A stretch of DNA of 64,000 nucleotides, from contig CAWBMP010000004.1 of assembly GCA_963790025.1 (NCBI GenBank), positions 160,001 through 224,000 on the forward strand, in the 5' to 3' direction. The notes beneath the pieces were generated by a model. That model made no database searches, was not told the DNA's origin, and saw only the letters and a list, made by a program, of their open reading frames with translations. Made by a program: the position numbers and the translations under genes. The stretch is from Nitrospirota bacterium (lineage in GTDB: Bacteria; Nitrospirota; Thermodesulfovibrionia; Thermodesulfovibrionales; Dissulfurispiraceae). Below are positions 1 through 10,074 of the stretch, one piece after another (positions within the stretch are counted from its first letter, which is position 1; every line of letters starts with the position of its first letter).

Positions 1-504
1 TCCTGAAGACGCCTCCGCTCCCCTGTTATAGAGCTGTGAGAGGTTGTCACCCTCTGCATAGACAACCTTTAAATCTCCTGAAATACCGGCGAGCAGGTCT
101 TTTATAGCGCTGTCATTGACAACAATGATAGTCTCCCAGTCCTGGAATGTAACACCTTCCGACAGGGACGTAAGACTTGATAAAAGGGCCTCGGAGTCGC
201 CTCCTGAAGCGATAACAAAACTCACTCTGCCCCTGGTCCCCGGACTGCCGGAGAGCGAAGTCGGACCGGCCGTTGACTCCCTGGAACCGAGAATAAAACC
301 GATCACGTCCGATGCCCTCTCTAAGGCCTTGCCGTCAAGTTTGTAAAAAGATCGCCTCACATAGTTGTCGGCTTTTTCCCGTATTTCCGCCGGAATGCCA
401 TGCTGCATGGTGTCAAAAAGTTTTTCCCAGTTGCCCAAAGGCGATATCAACTGGGCAACGCCTGACTTGGCATAATACGCTTCGATCTGATCATGAGTAT
501 CCAA
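1..504 (-). pseudogene. Out-of-frame continuation of the 491..1534 glycosyltransferase: end of the GT-B fold followed by a GT2-like domain; runs off the window start
   Basis: Hand translation of 504->1 is open for 168 codons: LDTHDQIEAYYAKSGVAQ...FYKLDGKALERASDVIGFIL (typical GT-B terminal helix), then RVSFVIASG...DWETIIVVND...LYNRGAEASSG (GT2-like). It is in the +1 frame relative to 491..1534. Confidence 0.65.
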
Positions 505-1534
505 TTAGTGACGTGACCTCAAACAAAGGCTTCTGCCAGGCCAGGGCCTCTATGGCAACGGTACTTTTGCCGAGGGCAACACAGTAATCTGCGATGGAAA
601 GTATTTTATAAGGATCATATGTATAGAGCACTATTGCAGACGGCATGATTTCCTTCATTATACGCTCTATCCGTTTAAAGTCGGACAGGGGCAAAAGAGA
701 GTGCCACTTGAATATGCACACCAGCCCGTCCCTGTCCAGACCTTTGCACAATTCCTGCCATATCTCCTTTTTAATCACTATGGCCCAGTCAAAACCGAGC
801 AAAAGCGCCAATACTTTCCTGCCCTGTTTAATGCCGAGTTCGTTCCTGACAGATCTCCTCATGGAGGCTGTAGAATATTTTTCTATAATATCGTCAAGAT
901 ACCAATTGCCGTTAATTACCATCTTATCAGTCGAATTTTTATGTCTCTCGAGGTATGAGACGGTTGAATCCCCCCATATGAGGCATGCTGTTGAATACTC
1001 CGTATGGATCATCGAGGCAAGCGTATCAACATAATAATCGCCTTCCTGCAATGTTATAAAAGGTATTCCATATGCGGCTGCAACATGCCCTATTTCTTTT
1101 CCCCATGGGTTTACCTCATGAAGGGCCACAAACATATCGGGCTGTTCAATTTTCGCCATTTGCACAATGCAGCTATATTCCTCAATCCTCAACATTAAAA
1201 GCCTGTCCTGAGTGTAAAGAGGCCAGTGCCTGATACCGTCCCAGCCAAAAATCAGTCGTATCCATTCATCATAGAATTTATTTGAGGTCCTCCTGATATG
1301 CTCTTTGGTTTCCTCATCCGCATATTCGGACAAGAATTTAAATCTGTAACCCCTCTTTATTAATTCGCCCTCAAACGGATACAGGTCTGACGTAGTAAAA
1401 AATAATATCTCGGCGCCCTCCTTCCTGACTGATTCAGCAAGAGGGAAGAGATACTTGCAGTGGTGAGGCAGTGTAACAAAAAATGCTATCTTCTTATTCT
1501 TCAGTCTCTGACTTTCTCTTTGCCTATTGCCCAT
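491..1534 (-). CDS. GT-B fold glycosyltransferase (capsule/CDP-glycerol transferase or sialyl/pseudaminyl-transferase-like); appears truncated by a frameshift near 505
   Basis: 347 aa; motifs GIPFITLQEG, FKWH, ADYCV...STVAIEALAWQKP; last gene of the pse cluster. Confidence 0.65.
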   Translation of the reverse strand: MGNRQRESQRLKNKKIAFFVTLPHHCKYLFPLAESVRKEGAEILFFTTSDLYPFEGELIKRGYRFKFLSEYADEETKEHIRRTSNKFYDEWIRLIFGWDGIRHWPLYTQDRLLMLRIEEYSCIVQMAKIEQPDMFVALHEVNPWGKEIGHVAAAYGIPFITLQEGDYYVDTLASMIHTEYSTACLIWGDSTVSYLERHKNSTDKMVINGNWYLDDIIEKYSTASMRRSVRNELGIKQGRKVLALLLGFDWAIVIKKEIWQELCKGLDRDGLVCIFKWHSLLPLSDFKRIERIMKEIMPSAIVLYTYDPYKILSIADYCVALGKSTVAIEALAWQKPLFEVTSLIGYS

Positions 1535-1554
1535 TGCCTATTGCCCATCGCCCG
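1520..1554. repeat. Heptamer tandem repeat (TTGCCYA) x4 plus one degenerate unit
   Basis: ttgccta ttgccca ttgccta ttgccca tcgcccg; supplies the stop of 1538..2749 and the start of 491..1534. Confidence 0.8.
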
Positions 1555-2749
1555 TGGTTGTCTTCTTGCTGCACAGCTTGCCGACGAGGTCGGACAGACA
1601 ACTGTATCCGGTCTTTTTTTCATTGTATCGTTTCAGAACCATTTCTTTCAGCTCTTTTGGATCATCGATAAATTTGACGCCGTCGCCGGTTTCAACATTC
1701 TCGAATATTCTATTGTAAACTGCAGCCGCTTTCCCATGACACGCCGCCAAACCCAAACTTTCCATGTATGTCGCTGATATCACTACATCCGCAAGCATCA
1801 GAAGCTGGGCTACGGTGCCGTACTCTGCAAAATACACCCTGCCTTTGAATTTATTTATAATATCGCCATAAACGCCGTCTATTACATCCTGCTCACTCAG
1901 CTCTTTTACGGAATAGCCGACCTTCACCAGAAAAACAACTGCGGGGACATCCAGTTGGTCCAGAACATGAAAAATCTGTCTTATTTGGGACCTGTATTTC
2001 GGATGGTTGAAGAGAACGACAAAGAATTCTTTTCTATCTATCTTGATGTCAGTATTATCCATGAAATCAAGCAAGGCATTCATATAATAGTCTTCACAGG
2101 TCTTCAGACAATAGGCTTCCCTCTCGTCCGTCAAAAGGAATATCCTCTCTTTTTCGAAGCCAAGCCGCTCAATAAATTTCCTTTCCCACTCCTCTTTAAC
2201 AACAATATAGTCCATAAATTTTACATACAGAAATGCATTATGAAACGGGGGCTGCGTCTGCAGCCCTATGAGCGGCACTTTCCTTTCCTTGGCAAGAAAA
2301 CAGATTGCGGAAAAGAAGGCATCTGAATCCCAATTCGGGAAATTCTCCATTGAAATAATCGGCATTAATATAAGACTGTATGGCGAGACATTTATATCGG
2401 GATAGGTATAAGGCATGATAAAACCTTGAAAATCATCAAAGGCCGCCAACTTGTAAATCTTCATGTCCGTTTCAGGAATCAAAAGATTATGCGTCTGCCT
2501 GATGAATGTCTTTAAAAGATCATCCTTGAAAATATCGGTAAGCGGTACAAGATGCGGTTTCACCAATAAAACATGAACATTTTCATTTCCCTTGAAAGTT
2601 TCGACAGCCTTCGCATGTATCTCGTCACTCGGGGTAAGAATATCAACCTGGTATCCATCAACGGAAAGTATGCGGACCAGGCGCAGCATTCTGCCCTGGT
2701 TCATGATAAATTGCTTGCTGTCTATTGGAAAAAGCAACTTTTTAGTCAT
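1538..2749 (-). CDS. Hypothetical protein, probable GT-B fold glycosyltransferase
   Basis: 403 aa; KVPLIGLQ and LLMLADVVISA...GLAACHGK resemble GT-B motifs; lies in the pse cluster. Confidence 0.55.
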   Translation of the reverse strand: MTKKLLFPIDSKQFIMNQGRMLRLVRILSVDGYQVDILTPSDEIHAKAVETFKGNENVHVLLVKPHLVPLTDIFKDDLLKTFIRQTHNLLIPETDMKIYKLAAFDDFQGFIMPYTYPDINVSPYSLILMPIISMENFPNWDSDAFFSAICFLAKERKVPLIGLQTQPPFHNAFLYVKFMDYIVVKEEWERKFIERLGFEKERIFLLTDEREAYCLKTCEDYYMNALLDFMDNTDIKIDRKEFFVVLFNHPKYRSQIRQIFHVLDQLDVPAVVFLVKVGYSVKELSEQDVIDGVYGDIINKFKGRVYFAEYGTVAQLLMLADVVISATYMESLGLAACHGKAAAVYNRIFENVETGDGVKFIDDPKELKEMVLKRYNEKKTGYSCLSDLVGKLCSKKTTTGDGQ

Positions 2750-3297
2750 TAGTGCGTTTTATCTATGGTCATCATTACTTCATGTGCCATTTTAAGCAGC
2801 TTGCTGCCGCTGGTATCTACATAACGCGTGACAGCAGCCATATAAGCTTCATGGTCAGAGGAATTCTCATAAGCCGGCGGGAGCATTTCATTCATTACCC
2901 TGGCAACTGACTCGTCAGTCGTAAACCCGTAATTATAAATGCTGCTGTCTTCTGAGCTGCATGCCAGCAAATACTTCAACACGTCGGGAAACATTGCATC
3001 ATAGGCGCCCCTGTACTTCAGAACAACCAGCCTCAAATATAAAAGGTCCGCATGCATTTCTCTAAGGGAAAGTCCCTCTTCAACATATTTTGCAGCGGAC
3101 GTATAGTCTTTGTCGCCCACCGCCGTCGCCGCCAGGTAAGAAAGCATTCTGATATAGGCAAGGTTATCGCCCTTCTTTTCATCTTCAGGCACCTGTGAAA
3201 GCGCCCTGTTCAGGGACTCTCTCGCATGGTCCCTCTGTCCCATCTTCAGATAGGCAATTGCAGAGTTCAAATTGGCTATATATGATGATTCAGGCAT
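2749..3297 (-). CDS. TPR-like helical protein
   Basis: Start moved to ATG 3297 behind GGAGGG; TPR-like N-terminus (LNSAIAYLKMGQRDHARESLNRAL); TAATG overlap with the next gene. Confidence 0.6.
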   Translation of the reverse strand: MPESSYIANLNSAIAYLKMGQRDHARESLNRALSQVPEDEKKGDNLAYIRMLSYLAATAVGDKDYTSAAKYVEEGLSLREMHADLLYLRLVVLKYRGAYDAMFPDVLKYLLACSSEDSSIYNYGFTTDESVARVMNEMLPPAYENSSDHEAYMAAVTRYVDTSGSKLLKMAHEVMMTIDKTH

Positions 3298-3347
3298 GTC
3301 CCCTCCGAGTAATTTCCCCATTTATATTATTGGCTATCATAACAGAT

Positions 3348-4394
3348 TCATCCTATGCACTCCCAGCTTAAAGGTGTCCCTCTCGTTGAAGATATCCGGG
3401 CCTTTTTACCTATAATATCTTTAAAATACCTGGGATGGAGGCCATAACCCGGCCTTATCGACCGGATGTTTTCTTCTGTAAATGTTTCACCTTCTCTGAT
3501 ATCTTTAACTATAAATAATGACCGCGAGAACTCCCTGCTTTTCTTTGTTTTGTCCGACAGGTCATAGTTTACCGTTCCAAGCGCCTTCTCCACGTCTCTC
3601 ACCGCATTGACCATTGCCCTGAATTCTTCCGGCTCCAGGGAAAATGCTGCGTCAGGTCCGCCCAATTTCCTGTCCAGTATAAAATGTTTCTCTATTATTT
3701 TTGCACCCAGGGCCACAGCCGCTGCAGGTACCGATGTGCTCAGGGTATGGTCGGACAAGCCGGTTACTGTCCTGAAAATTTCTTTCATACTCGGGATTGT
3801 CCTCAGGTTCACATCCTCCAGGGGCGCAGGGTATGCAGAGCTGCATTTTAAAAGGGCCATCTTGTCATTGCCCATCTTTCTGCACGCATCCACCGCGTCC
3901 TGGATGTCGCACAATGTTGCAATCCCTGTTGATATGATGACCGGCTTGCCCTTTGACGCAATATATTCTATGAGCGGGATGTCCGTTATCTCAAACGATG
4001 CAACTTTGTAGGCGGGGACACCCATGTCCTCGAGAAAATCCACTGCGGTGCGGTCGAACGGGGAGGAAAAACATACAAGTCCCAGGTCCTCGCATATGAC
4101 CTTGAGCTTTGGGTGCCAGTCCCAGGGCATGAACGCGCCCTGGTAGAGCTCATAAAACGTCTTGCCGTCCCATATTGTTCCCTGGTTAAGGGTGAATCGG
4201 CCGCCGTCATGATTTATCGTTATGGTATCAGGTGTATATGTTTGCAGTTTGACTGCGTCGGCGCCGGCCTCCTTCATGGCCTTGATAGTGTCTACTGCCA
4301 GATCAAAACGCTGAAGATGGTTGGCAGAGAGCTCAGCCATTATGAAAACCGGATGGTCATCTCCTATCTTTCTGTCTGCTATAGCTATTTCCAA
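3348..4394 (-). CDS. pseI: Pseudaminic acid synthase (NeuB family)
   Basis: IMAELSANH, AVKLQTYTPDTIT, GLSDHT, IIEKHF; C-terminal SAF domain (IRSIRPGYGLHP). Confidence 0.93.
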   Translation of the reverse strand: MEIAIADRKIGDDHPVFIMAELSANHLQRFDLAVDTIKAMKEAGADAVKLQTYTPDTITINHDGGRFTLNQGTIWDGKTFYELYQGAFMPWDWHPKLKVICEDLGLVCFSSPFDRTAVDFLEDMGVPAYKVASFEITDIPLIEYIASKGKPVIISTGIATLCDIQDAVDACRKMGNDKMALLKCSSAYPAPLEDVNLRTIPSMKEIFRTVTGLSDHTLSTSVPAAAVALGAKIIEKHFILDRKLGGPDAAFSLEPEEFRAMVNAVRDVEKALGTVNYDLSDKTKKSREFSRSLFIVKDIREGETFTEENIRSIRPGYGLHPRYFKDIIGKKARISSTRGTPLSWECIG

Positions 4395-4416
4395 CTAAAT
4401 AAACTCCTTATGTAAA

Positions 4417-4965
4417 TTAGTCATCGTGCCCATCGCTTTTATTGATAAGCCCCATGATTATCATATCATGCCATCTGCCGTCCCTGAAAACAAATTCCTT
4501 CAGCCTTCCCTCTTCGACAAATCCCGACTTTGTATAAAAATCCACGGCCCGTCTGTTGGTTTCCATGACCTCCAGTTTCAAGGTATGCAGATGTGCTATG
4601 TCAAGAGCCAGTCTTTTCAGGCCATCAATGAGCATTCGCCCGGCCCCGGAGATATTGCAATCGGGATTGGCATAAATTCCAAAATATGCGTTTTCATTTT
4701 TTAAATCGACTTTGTTCAGATACACAGTGCCCAGATAGTTTCCGGCTTTGTCTTTTGCTATCCAGTATAGATTTTTGTAATCAGACCGCAGCCCCTCAAT
4801 AAAGGCCTGATGCTTTTCTGTCTCTATGATATCGCTGTCGTACATCCAATTCCGCACCGTTTCGTGATTTCTCCAATTCCTTACCATCTCGACTTCTTCA
4901 GCACCAAGGCTTAAAAAGTTAAGAAGCACTAAATCTCCAAAATCCATTTCCTTGTGAAGGTCCAT
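4417..4965 (-). CDS. pseH: UDP-4-amino-4,6-dideoxy-AltNAc N-acetyltransferase (GNAT)
   Basis: VRNWRNHETVRNWM, FGIYANP, LEVMETNRRAVDFY...GF; start at ATG 4965 (TAATG overlap). Confidence 0.85.
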   Translation of the reverse strand: MDLHKEMDFGDLVLLNFLSLGAEEVEMVRNWRNHETVRNWMYDSDIIETEKHQAFIEGLRSDYKNLYWIAKDKAGNYLGTVYLNKVDLKNENAYFGIYANPDCNISGAGRMLIDGLKRLALDIAHLHTLKLEVMETNRRAVDFYTKSGFVEEGRLKEFVFRDGRWHDMIIMGLINKSDGHDD

Positions 4966-5648
4966 TACTTGATCACCCGTACGCTCTTGAAGGCCTCGGC
5001 GCAGCGCAAGCCTGTCCTCATGCCCCACTGTTCGGCATTCATAGTTATGCCTTTCAAAGACCTTGGATGAGGAAATTCTCTCAACTCTGTTTTATATTCG
5101 CCCATCGCCTTTAGTTTTATGTCCAATGTACTTTCAATGTCGAAAAAAACATCAGGAGAAAAAGATAGAGGGAAACTCCATTCAGTGGAGGATGGTATCT
5201 CAAATGAGTAAATTTCTTTAACAGATTCATTCCCGCACGGACGTGCAGCGGTTATGACAGCTTTATAGGTGATCTGGTGGTCTATATTCAGGTCTCCCTT
5301 GTAATGGGTAAAAATAATGCCGGGCCTGATCTTATCTTTCACCGCCTCTATAATTTTTACAATGTCCAGCAGTGCAACCGTATCAAACCTGTTGTCGGGA
5401 AAATCGTAGGCAAAAAGCTTTTTAATACCCACTATCATATTGGCCCTCGAAATCTGCTTCTTCAACTGTTTTATATCTTCCGCCCTTTTTTTCCTGTCAG
5501 GCTTATCATCTCTTGAAGTTATCCCTTCCCCCAATATTACCGTATATGCTTCATACCCCTCTCCTATTAATCGTGAAACTGTTCCTCCGCAACCCAAAAT
5601 TTCATCATCGGGGTGAGCAGCTATAACAAGGACTTTTTTGTTATTCAT
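4965..5648 (-). CDS. PIG-L/LmbE family N-deacetylase
   Basis: AAHPDDEILGCGG; THYKGDLNIDHQ. Confidence 0.9.
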   Translation of the reverse strand: MNNKKVLVIAAHPDDEILGCGGTVSRLIGEGYEAYTVILGEGITSRDDKPDRKKRAEDIKQLKKQISRANMIVGIKKLFAYDFPDNRFDTVALLDIVKIIEAVKDKIRPGIIFTHYKGDLNIDHQITYKAVITAARPCGNESVKEIYSFEIPSSTEWSFPLSFSPDVFFDIESTLDIKLKAMGEYKTELREFPHPRSLKGITMNAEQWGMRTGLRCAEAFKSVRVIK

Positions 5649-6288
5649 GCAGATATTCCTCGATCTCCGCTATTTTATCAAGGCAAGGCACATTCGGCGG
5701 GACCTGCTCTTTCACAGGTCCGCCGGTCTTATATAAAAAAGAAATTCCAGCCCTCACAGACGCGACCCCATCTATCGCATACCAGTCTCCGACACTTAAA
5801 CATTCGCGGGGCGACAAACCATGTTTTTCCAGGAGATTCACAAACCAGTATGTCGACGGCTTTCTGCGTTCATCCGACGCAACAATAATCTCATCAAACA
5901 GACCTTCCAGTTTAAGGGCCGAAACCTTGGATTGTTGGGTCCCGGCATTGCCGTTTGTTATCAAAAACTGCTTTATACTTTTAATCTTTACGTGTACTAA
6001 AAATCTATAAACTTCTTCCTCCAAAACCAGTTGCGTCCTGAAGTTTCTATAAGCAGCCAGAAAGTCTCCCCTGTCCACTTCCAGAGCGAATTCATTGATC
6101 AGCCTGTCGATTATATCACTTTTCGCAGGCCCGTTGACCTTCCACTCGTCGGTCCACAAGGCTTTTACTCTCCCGGCATTTTTTAATGAGAATTTATGTA
6201 TGCAATAATCTATCCTTTGGACAATATCGGTTATCTGGGGGTAGAGGGTATTGTCCAGATCATAAAAGATAGCCCTTATCTTATTCAT
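5641..6288 (-). CDS. HAD-superfamily hydrolase
   Basis: DLDNTLY, ITNG, RKP, VGD motifs. Confidence 0.88.
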   Translation of the reverse strand: MNKIRAIFYDLDNTLYPQITDIVQRIDYCIHKFSLKNAGRVKALWTDEWKVNGPAKSDIIDRLINEFALEVDRGDFLAAYRNFRTQLVLEEEVYRFLVHVKIKSIKQFLITNGNAGTQQSKVSALKLEGLFDEIIVASDERRKPSTYWFVNLLEKHGLSPRECLSVGDWYAIDGVASVRAGISFLYKTGGPVKEQVPPNVPCLDKIAEIEEYLHE

Positions 6289-7258
6289 AGTAATACTCGC
6301 AAAGGTACCGCACCATCTTTAACTTTTTCGGTTTGCCGTAGCGTGTTATTTCCTTCTGTTGCTGTCTTTCCAGAAGATTATTAAGAAGGTCAACCCCGGC
6401 CTGCACAGAAAACATAATGGTGCCGCTTGGACGTGGATTATAGTCGGTAACGTATAACCCTTCCTCTCCTTCTATCAATTGAATATTGTTGAGCCCGCTT
6501 ATCATAAAGGCCGCGCATATCCTCGTAACGTATGCCTCAATCGCCTCGTCAAGTATTATCTCTCCTCTCAGACTCACTCCCCTGTGCTCGGTCCGCTTGC
6601 GGACGGACATATTAATGACCGTTCCCATATCGGCAAAAAAATCCACGGTGTATTCGGGGCCGTTTATGAATTCCTGAACAAGAAATGCGCTCACGTTGGC
6701 GCCGCTGCCGCTCACAATTCCCTTGATACGGACAATATCTTCCAGGCTCGATGCCTTATGTGTGTCCCTTGATCCGAACCCAACCCGCGGTTTGACGATT
6801 ACCGGCATATGCAGCGGGCCGGCATCTTTGTCTTCGGTCAGAAGAAACGTCTTCGGACAGATAAAGCCGTGATCGCTGAGCATCTTTGAAAAGAGCAATT
6901 TATCGTAAAACTCTGCGAGGTCAGGCCGGAAGTTAAAAGCAAAGACGCGCTCCATGCTCTCGGGAACCAGGGAGGAGTGATATCTCTCGTTCCAGAACAT
7001 GATCTCCGGGTCCAGCCAACTGATAAACACATCAATGCCGTAATCAGTAATGATACCCGTAATCGTATCGGCATAGGACGGAGCGTTCACTGCTGGAACA
7101 TGAATGAAGCGGTCGGTAAAAAACCTTCCGATGGATTCTGCATTTCTGTCGATGCCGATGACTGTCATCCCCCGCTCTTTAAAGTAACGCACAATGCCAT
7201 AAATGGCCTGTCCCCCTGCAGGTGAGATAAGCACCCTATTGGCTGCCTGCATAGTCAT
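6281..7258 (-). CDS. ATP-grasp ligase
   Basis: VIVKPRVGFGSR, LVQEFINGPEYTVD, NIQ...DYNPR. Confidence 0.85.
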   Translation of the reverse strand: MTMQAANRVLISPAGGQAIYGIVRYFKERGMTVIGIDRNAESIGRFFTDRFIHVPAVNAPSYADTITGIITDYGIDVFISWLDPEIMFWNERYHSSLVPESMERVFAFNFRPDLAEFYDKLLFSKMLSDHGFICPKTFLLTEDKDAGPLHMPVIVKPRVGFGSRDTHKASSLEDIVRIKGIVSGSGANVSAFLVQEFINGPEYTVDFFADMGTVINMSVRKRTEHRGVSLRGEIILDEAIEAYVTRICAAFMISGLNNIQLIEGEEGLYVTDYNPRPSGTIMFSVQAGVDLLNNLLERQQQKEITRYGKPKKLKMVRYLCEYYYE

Positions 7259-8379
7259 TGCACCACCATGACCTGCCCTGCGGTGATGTTATATCTTTTG
7301 CATGTATCGAGGATCTCACTATGGAACTCAGATGCGATGCATAGTGTTTTTACAGACTTGTTTTCCAAAATCGTAAAAGGGCGCACTTCAAGATTCGGCC
7401 CGGGAATGAACATTCCCCATTTGTTCTTGTCCCCATCGACTACGGTCAGGCTTGTATCTTGAAGGACAGAGGGGTCGGCCTGGTTGAGATAAACCACTGC
7501 CGAGGATCCTGCCCCCCACCAGTACACCTTTTCTCCCCTCTCTGACTCAAGCACGCGTCGCATCGCTGCTACGCTGTCAGTGAAATATCTGTACTGTTTT
7601 CCGGCAGCTGCAACAACCGCTTCGGGCCGTTTGAGCGGCCTGATCTCCTGGTATCCGGCTGCATCGCCGTGGACAATGACCACTCGCAGTGCGCCGCGCT
7701 CACGCCTCTTTTCTATGATCTTCAGCCCTTTGTCGCGGCAAAGGGTCATAAAAAAAGGCAGACTGAAGAAAAAGAGATGCTGGTGATGATACCCTCCAAA
7801 GTCAGGGACCTCAATAACTATCTTACCGTCGGGGGCAAGCTGTTCTTTCATATGCTCCAGCATCGAAAAAGGGTCGTCAAAATGCTCGAACACATGCATC
7901 AGAAAAAAACCGTCGACAGTGCGGCCTCTGAAGGTATTGCCGTCAAAATAGTCCCGTATGATGTTCAGGCCAAGACGTCTGGCCTGCTCGGCCTGGGGTC
8001 CCGGCTCTATTCCGGCCAGCCGCGTATAACCCCTGTTTCTCATCAGGTGCAGCAAATAGCCTTCGGAGCAGCCGATCTCAATAAGCTCGGCTTTCTTATC
8101 AAAATATTTGCGCAGCGTCCTGACCATTCCCCCGTATTTAGTCCGGCCGATTCCGCTCATGGGAGATATATAGAAATAGTTGTCGTAAATCAGCCGCAGT
8201 TCCTCCTGGTCCAGACGCGTTGCATTGAAGCCCAAAAAGCAGGCGCGGCAAAGCCTCGCTTCAAAGGGAAAAATTTTGACCCTTTCGAGCATAGGGCCTG
8301 GACACGCGGAAAGGATATTAGGCATTCGCGCATCGTAATAGATGAAGGTATTCGGGCTACCGCAATAGGGACATAACAT
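7255..8379 (-). CDS. Class I SAM-dependent methyltransferase (NDP-sugar C-methyltransferase-like)
   Basis: N-terminal CxxC...CxxC; IEIGCSEG; HVFEH; C-terminal WGAG domain. Confidence 0.8.
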   Translation of the reverse strand: MLCPYCGSPNTFIYYDARMPNILSACPGPMLERVKIFPFEARLCRACFLGFNATRLDQEELRLIYDNYFYISPMSGIGRTKYGGMVRTLRKYFDKKAELIEIGCSEGYLLHLMRNRGYTRLAGIEPGPQAEQARRLGLNIIRDYFDGNTFRGRTVDGFFLMHVFEHFDDPFSMLEHMKEQLAPDGKIVIEVPDFGGYHHQHLFFFSLPFFMTLCRDKGLKIIEKRRERGALRVVIVHGDAAGYQEIRPLKRPEAVVAAAGKQYRYFTDSVAAMRRVLESERGEKVYWWGAGSSAVVYLNQADPSVLQDTSLTVVDGDKNKWGMFIPGPNLEVRPFTILENKSVKTLCIASEFHSEILDTCKRYNITAGQVMVVQ

Positions 8380-8394
8380 CCCGCCACCTCATTA

Positions 8395-10074
8395 TCATAC
8401 TGCCTCCTGCGACCCTGCTCCGGAAACATTGGCGACCCGGCCCTCCCGAAGCGCAAGGAATTCTCCGAAGATCGGGTTATCGGCATCAATATACTTGCTG
8501 TAGGTCTGATAAATCCCGTCATCACGTTCAGCCAGTTCCACGGCCCTCTCTATCGTTTCCCGGGCAAGACCTGACTCTCCCGCCTTTTGGTAGGCATTGG
8601 CAAGGCATATAATTCCTATCAGGTGCTTCGGGTACCGTGAAAGAATGTCCGTGAACTGCAGCACTGCAAAGCGAGGGTCATCATCGAAATTATGGTTCCG
8701 GATGAAATTCACTTCTATGTTTATGGAGTAGGCCTTCTCCTTAAGCCATTTCTCGTCAAATTCCCCTGTCCTGATATTGGCGAAACCGTAACGGTAACGC
8801 TCCAAATCGCTGTCAGCCTTGACGAAATAATTGTTCTTTTCGCAAATCTCATACATTTCCGTCCCGGGGAACGGCGTTGCTATACTCATCTGGTTCCAGT
8901 CGCATTGCAGTTCAGCGGCAAAATCCTTCGTTTCCTCTATCTCTTCCTTGGTCTCTCCCGGGAACCCTATAATAAACGCAGTCTGGATTTTGAGGCCTGT
9001 CTCCCTTGCAATCCTGCGGACTTCCCGCGCCTTATCTTTGCTGACAGGTTTATGGATAATTTCTTTAAGGACCCTTTCGGAGCCTGACTCAATAGCGATC
9101 GTAAGCATGTCGCATCCGCTTTTTTTCATGAGCCCGATAAGTGGAGCATCGAGGGTGACTATGGCGACGGCATTTGGGGTGGTCCAGGTGAACCCGTAGT
9201 CCATCTCGATAAAACCGGATAGTATGGCGATGATCCGCTCTTTGTCAAGAGTAAGGTTATCGTCCCTGAATTCGATTTCTTCGATCCCGTAGGTACGTTT
9301 GAGGTAGTCTATTTCGTCAAGCACCCTCTTGTCGGAAAAGGGCCTGAACTTTTTGCCCCAGAGAAGATGAGTGGAACAGAAGGAACATCCGAAGGGACAT
9401 CCCCGCGAGGTGATATAAGATACGAACCTGTTCTTGCGGTAACTCATATATTTTTCGAGGCCGATCCCCTCCCAATCGTAAAAAGGCAGGACGTCGAGGT
9501 CCTTGATCATGGCGGGCCTGCGATTAATGACCTTCCGGCCTGAATCATCTCTGAAGCCTATGCCGTTCGCACTGCCCAGCTTTTGCCGGTCGAATCCGCT
9601 GTCAAGAATGTTCAGGAGTACCTCTTCTCCCTCGCCGATCACAATAAAGTCGATATTGCTGTCTTCCAGAAGCTTTTCAGGGAGTATTGCCGCATATCCG
9701 CCTCCGACGATGACCCTGACATCCGGCTTTATCTTCCTGGCCAGGGCTGCAATGTGATGCACCCATTTATAATTTATGATCATCAGGGCCGAGATGCCGA
9801 TCACGTCCGGCATTACTTCCCTAATGCGCCTCTCGGCCACATCGATCAGCACATTCCTGTCATGCTGCTCACGGTATCTTTCGAACCCTTCAAGAAACAT
9901 GTCGAGCAGATGTATCGAATGGCGGGTCATTTTTTTAAGATAGGCCGACAGGCTCGCTATGCCCAGGGGCATCGGCGGAGCATCGAGCGCCAGAGACTCG
10001 GCATAGCTGATATTTTTTTCTTCGAAATCAACCTCAGGGACTTTAATCAACAATATATTCAGATGGTCCTGCAT
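8395..10074 (-). CDS. Cobalamin-binding radical SAM protein
   Basis: PLGIASL, IVGGG, IGEGE, SRGCPFGCSFC, IESGS, FIIGFPGET. Confidence 0.9.
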   Translation of the reverse strand: MQDHLNILLIKVPEVDFEEKNISYAESLALDAPPMPLGIASLSAYLKKMTRHSIHLLDMFLEGFERYREQHDRNVLIDVAERRIREVMPDVIGISALMIINYKWVHHIAALARKIKPDVRVIVGGGYAAILPEKLLEDSNIDFIVIGEGEEVLLNILDSGFDRQKLGSANGIGFRDDSGRKVINRRPAMIKDLDVLPFYDWEGIGLEKYMSYRKNRFVSYITSRGCPFGCSFCSTHLLWGKKFRPFSDKRVLDEIDYLKRTYGIEEIEFRDDNLTLDKERIIAILSGFIEMDYGFTWTTPNAVAIVTLDAPLIGLMKKSGCDMLTIAIESGSERVLKEIIHKPVSKDKAREVRRIARETGLKIQTAFIIGFPGETKEEIEETKDFAAELQCDWNQMSIATPFPGTEMYEICEKNNYFVKADSDLERYRYGFANIRTGEFDEKWLKEKAYSINIEVNFIRNHNFDDDPRFAVLQFTDILSRYPKHLIGIICLANAYQKAGESGLARETIERAVELAERDDGIYQTYSKYIDADNPIFGEFLALREGRVANVSGAGSQEAV

